Source: Planctomycetota bacterium (GTDB lineage Bacteria > Planctomycetota > PLA2 > JAEUHO01). Taken from it: a stretch of 64,000 nt of DNA. How positions within the stretch are numbered: the first letter of the stretch is position 1; each line of letters starts with the position of its first letter. The DNA is taken from NCBI GenBank assembly GCA_965222115.1, contig CBDCTJ010000007.1, positions 96,001-160,000 on the forward strand, written 5' to 3'. A model generated the notes under the pieces. It had not been told where the DNA came from. It saw only the letters and a list, made by a program, of their open reading frames with translations, and did not search any database. A program made the translations under genes and the position numbers. Shown in pieces: positions 9,111 to 19,514 of this stretch.

Positions 9111-11252
9111 CTAAGGATTGCGATCGGTGAGTGTGACCGTGGACGAACCTGTGTCACTGGCGCGGACGGTGACCGGCATATCGACGGCGCGTACACGACA
9201 TACACCACCATCTTCCGCATCCGTACACACGTAGTAGACCCATTGAACGATGAGCTTGTGGTCGCCGGGGACCATCGCCTTCAGCGAACCCTGAGCACGA
9301 CCGGATTCGAATGCACCGATTGAAAGAACCTCACCGTTGGCCGCTTTGACTCGCCATCTCGCAGGCGCCCCGGGCGTGAGCTTCCAGCCCAGCGGCACGT
9401 CGATAGTGAGCGCAAGTGTCCACGGTGTCCCCGCCTTTACGTCGAGACGACCACCCAAAACATCAGCCACGCTCGGCAGCACGGGCCACGGCGATGTGGG
9501 TACCACGGCTGAGCGAGCGGCATGCGACATAGGAATCGGAACATCTCTGAGAACCAACGTCGTCACATCGCCCGTCTTTGTGTCGATTCGTCGTATGGCA
9601 TGGTTGTTGGTGTCGGCAACGTAGAGCTCGTGACCGTTGGCAGCAATGCCGCCGGGATCATCGAACTGGGCGAAAGTTGTTGTACGCACGCCTTTGCGAT
9701 TCGCGTGGCCGGGCTTGCCGTTGCCCCAGCGTGTCTTTACGACGCGCGCAATTCCACCGCGAATGCCTACGGCTTTGATCTTGTGGTTGTAGCTGTCGGC
9801 GACATAGAGCACACCGTCGGCAATGGCAACACCGAGCGGATGTTGAAATCGGCGCCCGAGTCCCTTGCCATCCTCATCGCCAAAGTGAAATAGATCGCGC
9901 GGCTTCTTGTTGGCACCCGCCCACGTTTCCACTGGACCGTTAGGAAGTCCAACGCGCACAATACTGCTTGACTCGCTGTCGGCGACGAAGAGCGAACGTC
10001 CATCGGTGGCCAATCCGGAAGGTTGCGCGAACGCAGCGTTCATGAGTGATGCATGGTCAAAACGTTGCTCGTGACCATTTCCGGCCCACGCGCCCACCAT
10101 GCCGGTCTTGAGGTCGAGTCGCCAGAGTTGATGCGTCCCCGCATTGGCTATGACGAGGCCCACACCCGGCACATGCAGCACATCCCACGGATTGGAAAGC
10201 GCCGTCTTGGTCCCGGGACCCTCCGGCACACGCGCGTGTCCTTGTTTACCAGTACCCGCAACGGTACTCACTACGCCCGTCTTGAGATCCACACGTCGCA
10301 ATAGGTGATTCTCGGTGTCGCAAACGTATAGATCGTGCGCACCCACGCGCGTCATGCCCTGCGGCCGAAAGAACTGTGCCGTAGGTCCATCGCTGCTCTC
10401 GGGTCCCCCATCGCGGCGCCCGCGTTCTCCATTGCCCCACGCGCGCTTGAACGTTCCGTTCAACCCCAGTTCGACAATGCGATGATGACCGGAGTCGGCA
10501 ACAAACAGACTGCCGCGCTTCGCATCGACGCAGACCTTGCCGGGATAGGAAAGCATGCGCGCGACCTTGGCTTCGCGCGCCAGCTGTATCGGCAGTGGTT
10601 TGGTGTTGAGCTCTCCTATCTTCCGAAACCGTTCCAGCAACACATGCGTGAGCGCATCGAGTTCGCCTCGATTCCCCTCACCAGACAACATGCCGAGGAG
10701 CTTTCCGTTCGGCGTAATGATCGCGAACGTGGGCCACGCGGAGGCGTCGTAGGCACGCCAGATCTTGAAGTCGGCGTCATTGACCACCGGATGATGAATC
10801 TCGTAGCGTGCAATCGCTTCGCGAATGGCGCGATCGTCTTTTTCATGCTCAAACTTGGCGCTATGAACGCCCACCACCGCAAAGGCTTGATCCTTGTATT
10901 TTTTCTCAAGCGCCTCAAGATCGGGCAAGACGTGAATGCAGTTGATGCAGCAGTAGCACCAGAAGTCGAGGACCACGACCTTGCCTTTGAGCGCGCCTCG
11001 CAAGGAAAGAGGCTTCGCCACATTCAACCAACCACGCCCCCCGGTTAGATCGGGAGCGTCGGGTGCCTGAGGCAAGCGCGTATCGACGACTTCCTTAGCC
11101 CACGCCAACGTATCGGCATCGATGGTTGCCTTCTTCGTGCCTGCCATTTTCTGGGCGGCCGCGTCGTCTTGCTTCTTCTCGTCTGCCATCGCACGCTGGA
11201 AAGGAGCCGTACCGATTACGATTACCAACGCTACCCAAGCGAGTCGCAGCAC
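9111..11252 (-). CDS. Exported thioredoxin-like + NHL-repeat beta-propeller protein (NHLRC2/SOQ1-like)
   Basis: Signal peptide; LDFWCYCCINC.H, VVGVHSAKF, WPT; NHL repeats (ADSGHHRI, DTENHLLR, ADSESS, ADSYNHKIK, ADTNNHAIR). Confidence 0.9.
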   Translation of the reverse strand: MLRLAWVALVIVIGTAPFQRAMADEKKQDDAAAQKMAGTKKATIDADTLAWAKEVVDTRLPQAPDAPDLTGGRGWLNVAKPLSLRGALKGKVVVLDFWCYCCINCIHVLPDLEALEKKYKDQAFAVVGVHSAKFEHEKDDRAIREAIARYEIHHPVVNDADFKIWRAYDASAWPTFAIITPNGKLLGMLSGEGNRGELDALTHVLLERFRKIGELNTKPLPIQLAREAKVARMLSYPGKVCVDAKRGSLFVADSGHHRIVELGLNGTFKRAWGNGERGRRDGGPESSDGPTAQFFRPQGMTRVGAHDLYVCDTENHLLRRVDLKTGVVSTVAGTGKQGHARVPEGPGTKTALSNPWDVLHVPGVGLVIANAGTHQLWRLDLKTGMVGAWAGNGHEQRFDHASLMNAAFAQPSGLATDGRSLFVADSESSSIVRVGLPNGPVETWAGANKKPRDLFHFGDEDGKGLGRRFQHPLGVAIADGVLYVADSYNHKIKAVGIRGGIARVVKTRWGNGKPGHANRKGVRTTTFAQFDDPGGIAANGHELYVADTNNHAIRRIDTKTGDVTTLVLRDVPIPMSHAARSAVVPTSPWPVLPSVADVLGGRLDVKAGTPWTLALTIDVPLGWKLTPGAPARWRVKAANGEVLSIGAFESGRAQGSLKAMVPGDHKLIVQWVYYVCTDAEDGGVCRVRAVDMPVTVRASDTGSSTVTLTDRNP

Positions 11253-11317
11253 GTGAACCCTCCATAGACGAAGGTACTCAGTGTACGAAGATAGTGCGGC
11301 GTCCGGGCGCGAAGTGG

Positions 11318-12391
11318 CTACTTATTGTTGCGATAGGGCGCGTGGCAGTCGTTGCAGAGCTTCTTGATCACTTTGAAGTGCTTGTCGGCTGCGTCGACGT
11401 CGCCTGCACGTATGGCTTTTTCCAACGCGATGGCTGCTTCTTCGCTCTTCGTCAACATGACGCGGTAGTCCTCAGAACGCGCCTTCACCTTCTCCAAACG
11501 CGCCATCTCGCGGTAGGTCTCCCAAAGCATGCGCGCTTCGTGGGGCGGGCTCACGTCGGGATGATCGGGAAGCGCCTTCCACTTGAGGTCGCGTGACTCG
11601 GCCAAGTATTCAAACTTCATGGACACATCGACCATGGCCGCCTGCTCGCCCTTGGGCTTTACGCGACTCGGCAAATCTTTATCGGTAACCGACGCAAGTT
11701 CTTTGGCCGTGGGCTGCTTGAATGCGGCCACGTCGCGATACAGCCCTTCGTACTTCGGGCTCGTACCGCTGATCTTCAATCGCTTACGCGCAACGTCGTG
11801 CGAGATGCCGTCGATGGCCATACACGCTTGCATCGATCCCGCGGGACCGCGGTGCTTCCCATGGTGGCAGTGAAAGTACACAGGGCCTTTGGCAACCTGG
11901 ACGGCCTTGATCATACGCAGCGCCTTCTCGCGAGGCACGCCGTCGTAGCCAATGGGTATATGGACATAGCGCAGGCCATACTTGGCGGCGAGTTCAACTT
12001 CGGGTAGCGCACCGTCAACACTGATCACCATCTTGTAGCCAAGCGCTGCCAAGTGCTTGAATGCAATCTCACCCTTCGGCTGAGCGCCTTGGCCGATTCG
12101 CTCGGACCATTTGTGGTAGCGATGAAGGCCCTTGGGGTCGCCGTGATCGTCGTACTCGACACCGGCCACGCGCTCCCTGGCTTTTGACGGATTGGCCTCT
12201 AACGGAATCGCCTTGGACGGCTTCTTCGTCTCGGGCACCGGTTCGGACGGGCTGGTTGCACCCTCTTCGTAGTCAACGTCGCAAGCAATCAAGAGAAACG
12301 CCGCCGCGACCAAGGCCGCCATCATTGGCAGAACCGAGCCCAGGAAGCTGGTGGGCCCTCTGCGTGTCGGATCTGAGGTGCTTGCCAACAT
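11318..12391 (-). CDS. Putative lipoprotein: PTP/DUF442 (sulfurtransferase-like) fold fused to a C-terminal class II cytochrome c
   Basis: Lipobox LIAC; CX5R loop HCHHGKHRG; C-terminal CNDCH heme motif after a helical region. Start uncertain (12325-12424). Confidence 0.8.
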   Translation of the reverse strand: MLASTSDPTRRGPTSFLGSVLPMMAALVAAAFLLIACDVDYEEGATSPSEPVPETKKPSKAIPLEANPSKARERVAGVEYDDHGDPKGLHRYHKWSERIGQGAQPKGEIAFKHLAALGYKMVISVDGALPEVELAAKYGLRYVHIPIGYDGVPREKALRMIKAVQVAKGPVYFHCHHGKHRGPAGSMQACMAIDGISHDVARKRLKISGTSPKYEGLYRDVAAFKQPTAKELASVTDKDLPSRVKPKGEQAAMVDVSMKFEYLAESRDLKWKALPDHPDVSPPHEARMLWETYREMARLEKVKARSEDYRVMLTKSEEAAIALEKAIRAGDVDAADKHFKVIKKLCNDCHAPYRNNK

Positions 12392-12562
12392 GACGGTCTC
12401 CGTAGGGACCGTTAGGCAACGCAATCGCCGTACCCAGAAATGGAGGCCGATAAAATGGGGCTTTCAGGCGATGACCGTGCCGCAAAGGTATCAGGTGTCG
12501 CACCGCGGTAACGTCAGAGTGTCACCGACAGCGAATCCATCACCGCTCGGTCAATGCGAGGG

Positions 12563-14746
12563 CTACAGCGACGATTCGATGCTGAGCACCGTCAACTCCC
12601 GCACCGCGCCATCCACGTCGAGCCGGACGGGATCGCCCACACGCTGACCCATCATGGCCTGCGCGATGGGCGTTTGGTAGTTGATGATGCCCTTATCCAA
12701 CTCGGCATCCGGTGGGCCCAGCAAGGTATAGGTCACGATGGAACCGTCGGAGTCCTTGAGTTTTACGCGCGTGCCCACCGACACCGCCTCCGTGCGCACA
12801 ATGTCGGAGGTAATGGGAACCGCACGCGCGATATCGGAACGCAAGATTTCCAGCTTGGCTTCAAGCATGCCCTGCTTCTCGCGCGCGGCGTGATACTCGG
12901 CGTTCTCTTTCAGGTCACCGAATTCGCGCGCGCGTGCGATCTCTGCACGGTTCTTCGGCATATCCTCGTTCTCAAGCTGCTTCTGTTCGGCCTTGAGCTT
13001 TGCCAAGCCTTCGTCGGTCATGTAGAGCGCGCCGGTTGCGGCGGGTGCCTCATCTTCTTGCGCGGCGCCGCCAGACGACTCGCGCATGGCGGAGGGGTGC
13101 GCACGCAATAAGACATTTTGCATCTTCTGCAACGAGCGACCCTTAAGGCCTCGGTTTTGACCCAGCATCACCAGCAAGTGGCGCGCCTTCGTTTCATCCG
13201 AGACGTCGGCCGCTTCTTGAATCAACTTGCAGTTCTTATCGCCCAAGAAATCGACAAGCGACGATACGGCTTTCTTGTCAGTGGCCGATGACTTGCGGCG
13301 CGAACGATACTCAACGGCGTCAAGCACTTTGAGCACGCGCACAACCAACGGATAGGGCTCGTACTCATGCCCTTCCCAGCGATTCTTACGGAGACCCTTC
13401 AAGTACCACGCGTAAAGGTTCGGCAACATCGCAGGCTTTTTGTTGACCGCATCCAGTAACTCGGGCAAGAGCTCGGGCTGCTTGACTTTCTTGAATCCCT
13501 TAGCACCCACCTCGGCCGCCACGGGATCGTCGTCCAACGCGAGCGCTTGAACCATCTTGGGACCTTCGTCGGTGGCGTGCAGCAACGCTTCCAACGCTTG
13601 GCCCCGCGTGAGGTCATCGGGAATGGAGGCGCAGATCTGCGCGGGCTCATGGGCTTCTGCCAAGGCCTGACGAAGACCCGCTTGAGGATCGCGGTCGGTG
13701 AGCGAAGCCAGCGTAAGTTCCCAACCCACACGACCTGCCGGTTCGGGCGTGCGCGCGAGTTCCTTTTCTACGGTTTCGACCAGCACCTTGCGTGCTTCCT
13801 CGTCTTCCTTCACAAGCGCGAGGAAGTCGCGCACGACCTTTTGACGATGAATGTCGGTGGGTGAACGCTTGAGGGCGCGTTCCACTTGCGTGCGAAAGTC
13901 GGCCTGCGCAACGTCGTGAAACTCAAGCACGGGATCACGACCATCGCCCACCTCGAAGCGCGGGTCGAGCAAGGCAGCTTTCTTGGCGGCCTTCCACCAG
14001 GTACTCCATGTGGAGGGCGCAACGGCGTCGGGTACCAGTACGTCTTTGATGTTCTTGAGACGCGCGCGACTGTTGTAGCGCAGCAGCCCCTGGCGAAGCA
14101 TCTCAAGCGGCTCTGTCTTCGCACGCGCGCGAAGGCCTCGCGGTTCAATCATGGCCTGCACGCGAATGTCGTCTTCTTCCAAACGCTCAAGCAACTTTGC
14201 CGCAAGCTCAATATCCATCTCGTGACCGGGACGCGTACGAAAGTCAATCACACACCGTCCGCGATCGGGCAGATACTCAACGATCTTTCCCACGCCCCAA
14301 CCCGACTTATGGAAAACATAAACGCCAGATTGAATACGTAGCAGCCGCTCCAGATTTCGAATCGACTCGGGCACATCACTCGTCACATCGAGTACGCCGC
14401 TGAGATCAAGCATGGATTCCAAATCGGCGCGCTCGGCATACGCCTCACGTGCAATTGAAATCACGGCGGGACGAATTGTCAGATTCTCCGGCGCCAGTTC
14501 AGCAAGCTTGGCAAACACACCGATGGTGTCGCCCTGACGACCCTGTTCGGTGAGTCCTTCGAGCAACATCTCCAGCAGTGCGACGGCGTGTCGCTTCCCG
14601 CCGGGCTGCCGAGCCGACAGATCTGCCGCGTCGATAAACGGTGCAAGGTTCTCGGGCGACAATTCGACCATCTGCATCCAGAGGTCACGTGTGCCATCGA
14701 TGTCCTTCGCAAGAATCGCGCGTCGAACGTCTTCCCATCGGGCCAT
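12563..14746 (-). CDS. greA: Transcription elongation factor GreA with a long N-terminal extension
   Basis: C-terminal AREFGDLKENAEYHAAREKQ...VGTRV...LGP.DA...INYQTPIA; N-terminal FHKSGWGVG...IDF. RBS AAGGAG before ATG 14746. Confidence 0.88.
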   Translation of the reverse strand: MARWEDVRRAILAKDIDGTRDLWMQMVELSPENLAPFIDAADLSARQPGGKRHAVALLEMLLEGLTEQGRQGDTIGVFAKLAELAPENLTIRPAVISIAREAYAERADLESMLDLSGVLDVTSDVPESIRNLERLLRIQSGVYVFHKSGWGVGKIVEYLPDRGRCVIDFRTRPGHEMDIELAAKLLERLEEDDIRVQAMIEPRGLRARAKTEPLEMLRQGLLRYNSRARLKNIKDVLVPDAVAPSTWSTWWKAAKKAALLDPRFEVGDGRDPVLEFHDVAQADFRTQVERALKRSPTDIHRQKVVRDFLALVKEDEEARKVLVETVEKELARTPEPAGRVGWELTLASLTDRDPQAGLRQALAEAHEPAQICASIPDDLTRGQALEALLHATDEGPKMVQALALDDDPVAAEVGAKGFKKVKQPELLPELLDAVNKKPAMLPNLYAWYLKGLRKNRWEGHEYEPYPLVVRVLKVLDAVEYRSRRKSSATDKKAVSSLVDFLGDKNCKLIQEAADVSDETKARHLLVMLGQNRGLKGRSLQKMQNVLLRAHPSAMRESSGGAAQEDEAPAATGALYMTDEGLAKLKAEQKQLENEDMPKNRAEIARAREFGDLKENAEYHAAREKQGMLEAKLEILRSDIARAVPITSDIVRTEAVSVGTRVKLKDSDGSIVTYTLLGPPDAELDKGIINYQTPIAQAMMGQRVGDPVRLDVDGAVRELTVLSIESSL

Positions 14747-14891
14747 ACGGGCAGCTCCTTTGAAGCCGGAAAATGTTTTGGAAGCAAACGCCGAGGCGGA
14801 CAAACCGTGCCCACCATGTGGATGGTGGAACAGCGATCCGCTCAGCGAGCGTGGCGTGCCTCTGCAGCGGTCGCAGTGACACGGGCACACG

Positions 14892-14966
14892 TGGTACGCC
14901 CAAGAGGACTCGAACCCCTATCCCCGGCTCCGGAGGCCGGTGCTCTATCCATTGAGCTATGGGCGC
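14892..14966 (-). tRNA. tRNA-Arg (anticodon CCG)
   Basis: Reverse complement GCGCCCATAGCTCAATGGATAGAGCACCGGCCTCCGGAGCCGGGGATAGGGGTTCGAGTCCTCTTGGGCGTACCA; cloverleaf with encoded CCA. Confidence 0.96.
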
Positions 14967-15033
14967 GGGACCCCGCGTTCGCCGTGGATTATTGATGAAT
15001 CGCGTGGGCTTGCGTCGTTCAGCGCGAGTGCGA

Positions 15034-16419
15034 TCAATCTTCGTAGGTTCGGCGCCTTCGGGGTGGTGCGTCTCGATCTTGGTCACGCCGACGGGGAGAT
15101 GGTCGGTCCGACATCGGTCGATAGCCGCCCGGACCGCGCCCGGGCTGCGGGCGCGCCCGCCGCGTATCGTCCCGGCGAAGCGGGCGACGGTCGCGATCAC
15201 CGCCGCGCCCCCGCCCTCGGTCGTCGTCGGATCGGTAGCGATCACCACCGCGGTACCCGCCTGCATAACGACTTCGTCCGCCGCCATAGCCGCTCCGCGC
15301 GCCGCCGCGCGACGGTCTGCCCGGTCTTCCGCGAGGCCCGCCCGCGCGCTGCGGTCGCTTGCCGGGAGGACTGCGCCGACGCCGAGGACGGCGACGCGGT
15401 TCGGGTGGAAGCTCGGCATCCCACGCCTCTTGATTGGCGAGGTACAGCGCCTCGGCCTCGTGAACAAAGGTAAGGTCGGTCGGCGTTAGGGCGCGGTGGG
15501 CGCCGGGGCCGAGCGTTCCCAATTCAAGCGGACCAATGCGGGTGCGAATGAGGCGTCGCACGCGCAGCCCCACGCGCGCGAAGACACGCCGAATCTCACG
15601 GTTGCGCCCTTCGAAGAGCACCACTTCCGCCACACTTTCCTGGCGGCGATCGTCGCGACTCAACACGCGCACCGACGCGGGGGACGATTTGCCTTCGGCC
15701 AGCCACACGCCGGCTTCCAATCGCGCAACGTTTTCGCGATCAAGCACGCCGCGCACATGCACTTCGTAAGTCTTTTCAATGCGATAGCGCGGATGACAAA
15801 CGATGTTTGCGATCGTGCCATCGTTGGTGAGCAAAATCAAACCGCGACTGTCGGCGTCGAGTCGACCCACGGTGTAGATTCGCTGCAAGCAACGTGGAAT
15901 GAGATCGACCACGCGCGGGCGACCGCGCTCATCGGCGTTGGTACAGATGTAGCCGGCGGGCTTATTGAGCAAGTAGTAAACCTTGCGCTCGGGCTTGACA
16001 ACTTCACCATCGAGCCGAACGACATCTTTGGTGGGGTCTACCTTGACGCCCATCTTCGTGACAACCTTACCGTTTACGCTCACGCGCTCCTGCTCTATGA
16101 ACTTTTCGCATTCCCGGCGTGAACCGGCACCCGTGGATGCCAGAAACTTGTGCAGACGGTCACGCGGGCGCGATTCGATGACGTTGCCGTTCGCGGACCC
16201 TGCTGGCACGGACGGCGCCTTCTTGGCCGCGGCTTTCTTGGCGCGCGTTTTTTTCGCACTCGCCTTCTTGGGGGCAGCTTTCTTTCGTGCAGCCTTTTTC
16301 CGAGCCGGCGACTTCTTTGCCGCCGACGTTCGGGCGGCGGGTCGCTTGGCGCTTGCCTTCTTGCGTCCGGACGCTTTGCTCTCGTCGCGCTTCGATTCGT
16401 CGTCGTTTGTCTTTGTCAT
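15034..16419 (-). CDS. rluB: RsuA/RluB-family rRNA pseudouridine synthase with Lys/Ala-rich N-tail and Arg/Gly-rich C-tail
   Basis: S4 domain RLHKFLA..G..SRRECE, LNKP.G, VGRLDADS.GL.LLTNDG, EGRNREIRR. Confidence 0.85.
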   Translation of the reverse strand: MTKTNDDESKRDESKASGRKKASAKRPAARTSAAKKSPARKKAARKKAAPKKASAKKTRAKKAAAKKAPSVPAGSANGNVIESRPRDRLHKFLASTGAGSRRECEKFIEQERVSVNGKVVTKMGVKVDPTKDVVRLDGEVVKPERKVYYLLNKPAGYICTNADERGRPRVVDLIPRCLQRIYTVGRLDADSRGLILLTNDGTIANIVCHPRYRIEKTYEVHVRGVLDRENVARLEAGVWLAEGKSSPASVRVLSRDDRRQESVAEVVLFEGRNREIRRVFARVGLRVRRLIRTRIGPLELGTLGPGAHRALTPTDLTFVHEAEALYLANQEAWDAELPPEPRRRPRRRRSPPGKRPQRAGGPRGRPGRPSRGGARSGYGGGRSRYAGGYRGGDRYRSDDDRGRGRGGDRDRRPLRRDDTRRARPQPGRGPGGYRPMSDRPSPRRRDQDRDAPPRRRRTYED

Positions 16420-16713
16420 AATCGACTTCCTTCTTTCGGTTCGCCTCGCGGCGAGCGGATGTCGGACAGCGTTACGGACGCGGTCGCTCTACGCGATACG
16501 CCTCGCCGTCGTGATCCCCTTGATTGGTACTACGCGTGCCTTTCTGCATGCATTTCTGGAAGAAACGTTCCCGTCTGTGGGCATCTTCCCGTCTGCAGTC
16601 GAATCGTCTTTACACATGGCACCGTGCCAATGCCCGCAAACGACTCGACACAAGCGGCTCGGGGCTCCCTTCTGGATTGCAACATTTGCCTCACGTCTAG
16701 TCATAGCACGAAC

Positions 16714-17607
16714 TCAGGCGGGGTAGGACGGTGCCTCGAGGGCTTTACAAGAAACCCACCAGTCGGGGGAGCTGACGAGCCCATTCGTTGGCGTGAGCGC
16801 CGTGCGCGCGCGCGGGACGGAAAACGCTGATTGCCCGTCGATGCGAATCATGCCGCCGGAGCGACAAAACACCACCGGACCGTGCGGCGGCGCCGCCAGG
16901 TGGGGTTCATGGAGTGCGATGGAGAAGCGCTCGCCAACAAGAACGCGGCTTGCCTCATCGAATGTGCCGCCTGGCTGCGGACCGCGACGCAATACCGAGC
17001 GCGCCAAATCAACGTGAAGCTCACGCGGAGTGCCATAGAGGCCGGGCCGGTTGTAGTCATCCAAACGCCACGTCACGTTTACCGGGTTCTGTATTTCGAA
17101 GACTAGGGATTCGGCAAGAATCGCATGCACGGTACCGGGTGGAATGTGAATCATCGAGGGCGCATGGCTACCGTTGGTCGAGCCCCCGTGAAGCGTCGTA
17201 TTCGTTAGGCGTGAGAGCCACTCACCGGACGCGGGAATGTCCTCGGCCGACACGCTGCCAGTAGCGACCGCTCCGCTAGTAGCCAAACTAATCCACGCTT
17301 CCTCTTTGACGACATCGCTGTCAACGCCATCGGGATGGAGCTGCACGGAGAGATCCTTGCGTGCATCCAAAATCTTGATTAGGAGCGGAAACGGATCGCC
17401 CCAGATGGACCGCAGTGATGTGCCGTCAAGAGGCCCCCCATCGACGACGGAGCAAACATCCTCAAGATCAGCGATTTCAAAGGACTCACCGATGGGCCCG
17501 TCCGGTAGTTCCTTACGCCCGAGTTCGGTTTCTAGCCGGCGACCACCCCACGGTTTCTTGATGTAGATCGGACGCAGGAGAACTGGATGAGGTAAGGGAG
17601 AGTGCAC
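16714..17607 (-). CDS. manA: Class I mannose-6-phosphate isomerase (cupin)
   Basis: KPWGG..L, IGESFE, FPLLIKILDA..DLSVQLHPD, KEEAW, IPPGTVHA, EIQ, RL.DY.R...RELH. Confidence 0.85.
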   Translation of the reverse strand: MHSPLPHPVLLRPIYIKKPWGGRRLETELGRKELPDGPIGESFEIADLEDVCSVVDGGPLDGTSLRSIWGDPFPLLIKILDARKDLSVQLHPDGVDSDVVKEEAWISLATSGAVATGSVSAEDIPASGEWLSRLTNTTLHGGSTNGSHAPSMIHIPPGTVHAILAESLVFEIQNPVNVTWRLDDYNRPGLYGTPRELHVDLARSVLRRGPQPGGTFDEASRVLVGERFSIALHEPHLAAPPHGPVVFCRSGGMIRIDGQSAFSVPRARTALTPTNGLVSSPDWWVSCKALEAPSYPA

Positions 17608-17751
17608 GCGTTATCCAAGCCCGGGTGATTTACGAAGCACGCGCCACGCACGACGTGCTCAAACCAATCGCTACGACTCACAGTATCGAGCATCGAAGGG
17701 CAGGAATGAACGCGTTCTCGTAAGAACGACCACTGCACAGTTGAATGTGCG

Positions 17752-19311
17752 CTACTTCACACCCGCAATGCGTGTGCGGCGACGGGGTGCAATGCCGCCG
17801 GGCGGCGGTGCGCTGTTGTAGGGTGCCGCGCGGGGCGCCGGCCGGCGAGACTCGGGATAGGTCTCACGACCGGGAATGGGTGTGGTACCGGGTGCGGGCA
17901 AATCCTTCGCAGATCCCATACGCCATTCGTTTGACCCGTCCTTATCTACCTTGGTACGCGAACGTCTCGTGCGGTTTGGCGATGCGCGTTCGGTGTTGCG
18001 AGCGGGCTCGGCCCGCGATACAGGACGACGGGGCATCGCAAACGCGCCGTACCCACGCGGACCGGGCCCGGTGTGCATACGACGTCGATTCGGTGACTGG
18101 CGATCGTTCGATCGTCGATCACCCGATCCCTCGTCGCGCGACACAGTCGGCGGCTCACGTGCGAGCGCGTCCTCTTCATCGGGCCACGCGGGAGCTTCTC
18201 GCGATGCATTGGTGCGTTCATCGTGTTCGCGAGGCGCGGGCGCGAGCCCGGGCGGCATACCCAGTTCGTCGCCCGGGGCATCAAACCCAGGAGCACTGCT
18301 CGCATCAGCAACACTGTCTTCGGAATCATCGTCTTCGGCATCATCGGGAAACGAAGGAACGTCACGACCGGGTGCATCGCTCGCGCCGGGAAACGAAGGC
18401 AAGCCCTCGGAAGGACCATCGTTCGTTCGCGCATCGGCCGCTGGACCTGCGCCATCATCAAGCTCGGAGGTCGGCCCGAAATCGAGTTCACCAGTGCGAT
18501 CATCGGCCGGCGAAGGTGGCTTGGGTCGATCGCTCCACGAGGCACCGCCACCACCCCATGAATCGCCGAGTTTGCCGCCTTGCTCGACACGTGCGGCCTC
18601 GTGTTCGTCGCCAAGCTCGCGCAGCGCGTCGGCATACAACCGGCGCACCTTGGCCGCATAGACTTTGGGTAGATCGCGGCGCGTAATCAACATATCGCGG
18701 TACTTACGGGCCGCACGTCGCGTGGCCTCATTGCTTCCACGACGCAAGAGATTCCGTCCGGCATTCAATTCGCGAAAGAAACTGCGACCCAAACGATGGC
18801 CCGTTTTACGCAGCGACAGCACTTCCAAGTAGGGGCGACCGCGCGACACGGCACCAATGCGCGCGGTCACTTCAATGCGGGTAAAAATCTCAAGTCCGAG
18901 CAGTACAGCACGACTCGGGTGTGACTTGGGCAGATACAGAAACGGAAAATCCTTCTTGTAGGGCTCTGGATTCCACAACTCCGCCCCATCGGGCCACACC
19001 GAGAAATTGTCAAAATTTCGATAGCTAAAGCGCGTGCGGAACGCGTCAAAGATGGATTCCTGTTTGTGAAAGACACACACAAACGTCAGTGTGCGACCGG
19101 CAAATGAACGAGGTGCGCGTAAGACGTCTGTGAGTTGCACATGTTGGCCCTGATCCAAGTCTCCCCACCACCCATCGCCTGCATTCGCGGGGGACCTCAT
19201 GACGCCCAGTCCGCATGTGCAGAGCAACGCAACCACAAACGATCGGAGGCGCCCTCGTGTGGTGCCGCAATACGTTGAACCGGTTCGAGTCGGGTCTTTA
19301 CGCATAACCAC
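17752..19311 (-). CDS. Exported hypothetical protein: folded N-terminal region (possibly OB-like plus helices) and long disordered C-terminus
   Basis: Signal peptide ending ANA-G; ordered ~240 aa, then a Pro/Asp/Arg/Ser-rich low-complexity tail. Confidence 0.7.
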   Translation of the reverse strand: MVMRKDPTRTGSTYCGTTRGRLRSFVVALLCTCGLGVMRSPANAGDGWWGDLDQGQHVQLTDVLRAPRSFAGRTLTFVCVFHKQESIFDAFRTRFSYRNFDNFSVWPDGAELWNPEPYKKDFPFLYLPKSHPSRAVLLGLEIFTRIEVTARIGAVSRGRPYLEVLSLRKTGHRLGRSFFRELNAGRNLLRRGSNEATRRAARKYRDMLITRRDLPKVYAAKVRRLYADALRELGDEHEAARVEQGGKLGDSWGGGGASWSDRPKPPSPADDRTGELDFGPTSELDDGAGPAADARTNDGPSEGLPSFPGASDAPGRDVPSFPDDAEDDDSEDSVADASSAPGFDAPGDELGMPPGLAPAPREHDERTNASREAPAWPDEEDALAREPPTVSRDEGSGDRRSNDRQSPNRRRMHTGPGPRGYGAFAMPRRPVSRAEPARNTERASPNRTRRSRTKVDKDGSNEWRMGSAKDLPAPGTTPIPGRETYPESRRPAPRAAPYNSAPPPGGIAPRRRTRIAGVK

Positions 19312-19514
19312 TCCAATGCATCGACGTGACGAAGATCGAAACCGTGCGCGTGATGATCCATCCCCATTGAACGGGATGATGGGCGCGAACCTACGAAAAC
19401 ATATTCATGAAGAACCGCGTCGATTGCGTGTTGAGCGATCGAGACATACAGCGCTGCGCGGCATCGACAAAACGGACTGCCACGGGGCGGGCGCCTGCTT
19501 CGATGCGGGCTGCT

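Noticed and set aside
14747-14890. Cys/His-rich N-terminal extension of the greA ORF (MCPCHCDRC...HHPHGGH)
   Set aside because: It lies upstream of a good RBS and ATG at 14746 and abuts the tRNA; probably not translated.
14685-15489. Several long overlapping ORFs (260, 177, 176 aa) around tRNA-Arg and the rluB tail
   Set aside because: GC-rich shadow frames of rluB that overlap a clear tRNA; no motifs.
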